A DNA stretch of 64,000 nt from an uncultured Elusimicrobia bacterium (lineage in GTDB: Bacteria; Elusimicrobiota; Elusimicrobia; 2-01-FULL-59-12): positions 480,001-544,000 of the forward strand of contig OY969767.1 of the NCBI GenBank assembly GCA_963702895.1, in the 5' to 3' direction. The notes below the pieces were generated by a model. That model searched no databases. It was not told the origin of the DNA and was given only the letters and a program-made list of their open reading frames with translations. Position 1 is the first letter of the stretch. Each line of letters starts with the position of its first letter. Made by a program: the position numbers and the translations under genes. This document shows, in pieces, positions 60,583-64,000 of the stretch.

Positions 60583-61953
60583 ATGACCAAGAAAGTCATT
60601 ATCATTGGCGGGGGCTTTGCGGGGCTCTCTGCCGCGACGGCGCTGCTGGAAAAAAAATATGACGTGACCTTGCTGGAAGGCCGGCAAACCTTGGGTGGCC
60701 GGGCTTTTTCTTTTGAGGACACCGTGACGGGTGATTCCGTCGATAATGGCCAGCACCTTTTCATGGGTTGCTACCGGGAGACCCTCAAGTTTCTCGAGCG
60801 CATCGGCGCGGAGAAAGGCCTGACTTTTCAGCAGGCCTTGACGATCCCCTTTGTTGGATCAGGGCGCCTGCGCGGGCATCTTCGATGCTTCCCCCTGCCC
60901 GCCCCCTGGCACCTTTACAGCGGACTCCTGCGCCTCAAAACGTTGTCTTGGTCAGACCGCTGGCGTCTGCGGCAGGTCGAGAAGGAGTTGCATAAGAAGA
61001 CCGCTCCAGAAGAGTTGGACCGCATCACGGTGGAGGAGTGGCTGACCCAATGCCGCCAGTCCGAGCGCGCGCGTCGGCATTTATGGGACCTGCTCACGAT
61101 TGCCTGTTTGAATGAAGTCCCGCAGGTGGCCTCGGCCCTGCCGTTTGTCGCGGTGCTCAAGCAGGCATTCTTTGAGGATTCCAAGGGCTCTCAACTCGCT
61201 TTTGCCAATGTCGGGCTTTCCGATCTCTATGTGAAAGACGCTCTTCACTATATCGCGTCGAGGGGCGGGAAAGTCTTTGCGAAATCCCCCGTGCAGCGTC
61301 TTGAAATGCACGCCGGCAAAGTCTCCGGGGTGCTGTTGAGGAATGGCGAAAGTATGGAGGCCGACGCCGTGGTGAGCGCCGTTCCCTCCTGGGCGCTTTT
61401 AAAACTTGTACCGCAGGAGGCTCTCGACCGCGAGCCGTATTTCCATAATTTAAACAGGCTTTCTTACTCGCCGATCCTCTCGATCCATCTCTGGTTTGAT
61501 CGAGCGATCACGCGCGACCTCTTCGCGGGGCTGCTCGGTACGCAAATCCAGTGGCTTTTTAACCGGTCCCGCATGCACCGCGACCCCAAAACGCGTGAGG
61601 GCTATGTGTCTTTGGTGATCAGCGGCGCGCATGCGTTTGTCGATTGGGACGAGAAGAAGATCCTGAGCATGGCGCTGGCCGAGCTCAAACGTCTTTATCC
61701 AGAAGCCAGCTCAGCGGCCTTGGTGCGCTCCCTTGTGATGAAGGAATCACACGCTACGCTATCGCCGAAAGTCGGGACAGAGCGATGGCGCCCCACGCCC
61801 CAATCACCGCTTCCAAATCTCTGGGTCGCTGGCGATTGGACCAAAACCGGACTGCCGGCCACCATTGAAAGCGCCTGCCTGAGCGGGCATGCCTGCGCCG
61901 AGCTGATTGCGAAGACGATGGAGCCCGCGCCGCGAGAGAGCGTCTGCGCCTGA
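60583..61953 (+). CDS. hpnE: Hydroxysqualene dehydroxylase HpnE
   Basis: IGGGFAG, LGGRA, DNGQH, AGDWT.TGLPATIESA; follows hpnCD. Confidence 0.9.
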   Translation: MTKKVIIIGGGFAGLSAATALLEKKYDVTLLEGRQTLGGRAFSFEDTVTGDSVDNGQHLFMGCYRETLKFLERIGAEKGLTFQQALTIPFVGSGRLRGHLRCFPLPAPWHLYSGLLRLKTLSWSDRWRLRQVEKELHKKTAPEELDRITVEEWLTQCRQSERARRHLWDLLTIACLNEVPQVASALPFVAVLKQAFFEDSKGSQLAFANVGLSDLYVKDALHYIASRGGKVFAKSPVQRLEMHAGKVSGVLLRNGESMEADAVVSAVPSWALLKLVPQEALDREPYFHNLNRLSYSPILSIHLWFDRAITRDLFAGLLGTQIQWLFNRSRMHRDPKTREGYVSLVISGAHAFVDWDEKKILSMALAELKRLYPEASSAALVRSLVMKESHATLSPKVGTERWRPTPQSPLPNLWVAGDWTKTGLPATIESACLSGHACAELIAKTMEPAPRESVCA

Positions 61954-61995
61954 TCAGGCTGGACAGGCAAGGGAGAGTTCAGGAGTAAAACGGCT

Positions 61996-62059
61996 GTCAC
62001 CCCGGCGGATTGTTAGCCGGGGTCTATCATGATGGATCCCGGCTTTCGCCGGGATGACG
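61996..62059. repeat. REP doublet
   Basis: GTCACCCCGG...CCGGGGTC...GATCCCGGCTTTCGCCGGGATGACG. Confidence 0.88.
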
Positions 62060-62069
62060 AAAGAAAAGG

Positions 62070-63281
62070 ATGAAACGCACCATTTATCTCGATCATAACG
62101 CGACCACGCGACCTCGACCGGAAGTGGTGGAGGGGATGCTTCCTCACCTGCGCAGCCATTACGGCAACGCGTCCAGCCTCTATGCGCTCGGTCAGGAAGA
62201 GCGCCAAGCGATTGATGTCGCGCGCGCACACGTTGCGCGTTTGATTGGGGCGCAAAGTCCAGAAGAGGTCGTCTTCACCAGCGGCGGCACCGAGTCGATC
62301 AATTGGGCGATTCAGGGGGTGGCCCATGCGAACCGTTCCAAAGGGCGGCATATCGTCACGACGGCCATCGAACATAGTGCGGTCCTCAAAACCTGCCAGT
62401 ATTTAGAAACGTTGGGCTGGCAGGTGACGTATGTGGGGGTCGATGGGCGTGGACGCGTGAGCCCCGCCCAGATCCAGGAAGCGCTCACGCCAGAGACGGT
62501 GCTCGTCAGCGTCATGCATGCCAATAACGAGATCGGCACGATGGCCGAGGTGGATAAAATTGGCAAGCTCTGCCGTGCGCAAGGCGTTCCCCTGCATGTT
62601 GACGCGCTGCAAACCGTCGGGAAAATCCCTGTTTCGGTCGAAACGCTGCCGTGCGACCTTTTGTCCATCGGTGCCCACAAGTTTTATGGCCCCAAAGGTG
62701 TTGGAGCCCTCTATCTTCGCCCTGGGACCAAGATCCACCCGCTTCTGTATGGAGGAACACACGAGCGCAACCGGCGGGCCGGAACAGAAAATGTCCCCGG
62801 TATTGTCGGGATGGGTATCGCATCGGCACTGGCCGCCAAAGACATGAAGAACGATGAAAAGCATGTCTGCCACCTCCGTGATCGGTTGGAGAAGGCGCTT
62901 CTCGCGAAGCTGGAGTGTGTGCAGTTGAACGGCGATCCTGAACATCGCCTCTTCAATACGTCCCATCTGAGCATCGAGGCTCTCGAAGGGGAGGGGCTCA
63001 TCATGGGCCTTGATATGGAGGGCCTCTGTGTGTCCTCCGGGAGCGCCTGTTCTTCGGGTCAAACGGCGCCCTCCCATGTCCTGCGAGCGATCGGGGTGCC
63101 CCTCGAGCTGTCCAAGGGATCGGTCCGTTTCTCTCTTGGTCGAGACAACACCGAAGAAGAAATTGAGCGGGTCCTGGAGGTCTTCCCCAAGGTGGTCGAG
63201 CGCTTGCGCCATCTTTCGCCGCTTTGGGGCGATTATCAGAAGGGACTTCGAAAGTCGGTAATCACCAAACTGGAGGTGTAG
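62070..63281 (+). CDS. iscS: Cysteine desulfurase (IscS/NifS)
   Basis: YLDHNATT, FTSGGTES, AHKFYGPKG, SSGSACSS. Confidence 0.93.
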   Translation: MKRTIYLDHNATTRPRPEVVEGMLPHLRSHYGNASSLYALGQEERQAIDVARAHVARLIGAQSPEEVVFTSGGTESINWAIQGVAHANRSKGRHIVTTAIEHSAVLKTCQYLETLGWQVTYVGVDGRGRVSPAQIQEALTPETVLVSVMHANNEIGTMAEVDKIGKLCRAQGVPLHVDALQTVGKIPVSVETLPCDLLSIGAHKFYGPKGVGALYLRPGTKIHPLLYGGTHERNRRAGTENVPGIVGMGIASALAAKDMKNDEKHVCHLRDRLEKALLAKLECVQLNGDPEHRLFNTSHLSIEALEGEGLIMGLDMEGLCVSSGSACSSGQTAPSHVLRAIGVPLELSKGSVRFSLGRDNTEEEIERVLEVFPKVVERLRHLSPLWGDYQKGLRKSVITKLEV

Positions 63282-63290
63282 TGCGTTTGT

Positions 63291-63645
63291 CGTCACCCCG
63301 GCGAAAGCCGGGGTCCAGAGCACACCATGGAAAAACGGCCTTGCGTCTACATCCTAGCAAGTCATAGGAATGGCACACTGTACGTTGGCGTTACCTCAGA
63401 TTTGCTTAAACGAATTTGGGAGCACAAATATGATGTTGTTGAGGGATACACTAAGAAATACAAGGTTCATACGTTGGTTTGGTATGAAATGCATGTGACA
63501 ATGGATGCCGCGATCCGGGCGGAAAAGGCTCTCAAAGAGTGGAAGAGATCTTGGAAATTAGAGCTGATTGAAGAAAAAAATCCCGAGTGGAAAGACTTGT
63601 ATGAAGAACTGCTTTGACTGGATTCCGGCTTTCGCCGGAATGACG
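63291..63645. mobile_element. REP doublet whose loop is occupied by a GIY-YIG gene
   Basis: Left arm 63291-63318, right arm 63618-63645; matches the empty doublet at 57856-57926. Confidence 0.7.
63327..63617 (+). CDS. Stand-alone GIY-YIG nuclease
   Basis: VYILAS.RNGTLYVGVTSDL.KR..EH...LVWYE...EK.LK.WKRSWKLELIE..NPEW.DL. Confidence 0.93.
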   Translation: MEKRPCVYILASHRNGTLYVGVTSDLLKRIWEHKYDVVEGYTKKYKVHTLVWYEMHVTMDAAIRAEKALKEWKRSWKLELIEEKNPEWKDLYEELL

Positions 63646-63649
63646 ATTT

Positions 63650-64000
63650 GTGAGTAGCAAAGTGGTCGTGGCTATGTCGGGCGGGGTCGATAGTTCTGTG
63701 GCCGCGGCGCTCCTCAAGGAGCAAGGCTATGACGTCTACGGCGTTACCATGCGCCTGGCCGATTGGCAGGCGACAGAAGGCCCCTCCTCCGCCAAGGCTA
63801 CGGAGGGCCAGCCCTCCATAGCCTCTGCGACGGAGGGCCAGCCCTCCATAGCCTCTGCGACGGAGGGCCAGCGGACCTTTGGGGGCTGCTGCGGTTCCAA
63901 GGATTTCTACGACGCGCGCTCCGTGGCGCAAACGCTGGGTATACCCCACTACAGCTTTGATTATGTGGAGAAGTTTCGGGGTTCTGTGATCGGCTATTTC
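63650..64000 (+). CDS. mnmA: tRNA 2-thiouridylase MnmA (partial)
   Basis: Manual translation from GTG 63650: [22 protein letters not shown]...GGCC...DARSVA..LGIPHY. Confidence 0.93.
   Translation, partial: MSSKVVVAMSGGVDSSVAAALLKEQGYDVYGVTMRLADWQATEGPSSAKATEGQPSIASATEGQPSIASATEGQRTFGGCCGSKDFYDARSVAQTLGIPHYSFDYVEKFRGSVIGYF

Overview
Bacterial chromosome segment, GC-rich by eye and apparently from a diderm; the lineage cannot be assigned from sequence alone. The housekeeping backbone holds rimO (partial), leuB, xth, an ion-transporter permease, an Old Yellow Enzyme, the amtB-glnK-gltB-gltD nitrogen cluster behind an ANTAR-type antiterminator, TrmH, MacAB-TolC and RND-TolC efflux genes, a fatty-acid desaturase, three pilin-like genes, a glucan phosphorylase, folE-citrate synthase-sucCD, tRNA-Met(CAT), hpnCDE, iscS and mnmA (partial). 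Several families of short palindromic and tandem repeats are laid over this backbone. They nest inside each other and sit in-frame inside essential proteins. The strongest observation is an IS110 element (24671-25917, minus strand) inserted exactly into a host CGTC-type REP palindrome. Its upstream non-coding region folds into a bridge-RNA-like structure whose four guide segments can be read directly: two match the REP target halves and two match the element's own ends. The same REP family occurs both empty and filled with a GIY-YIG nuclease gene. Between about 21.5 and 32.8 kb, reiterated non-coding scaffold blocks alternate with variable cargo: toxin-antitoxin pairs and two unrelated secreted four-cysteine peptides behind a duplicated, structured ~175-nt leader. 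All calls come from reading the sequence by eye; no searches or folding programs were run.
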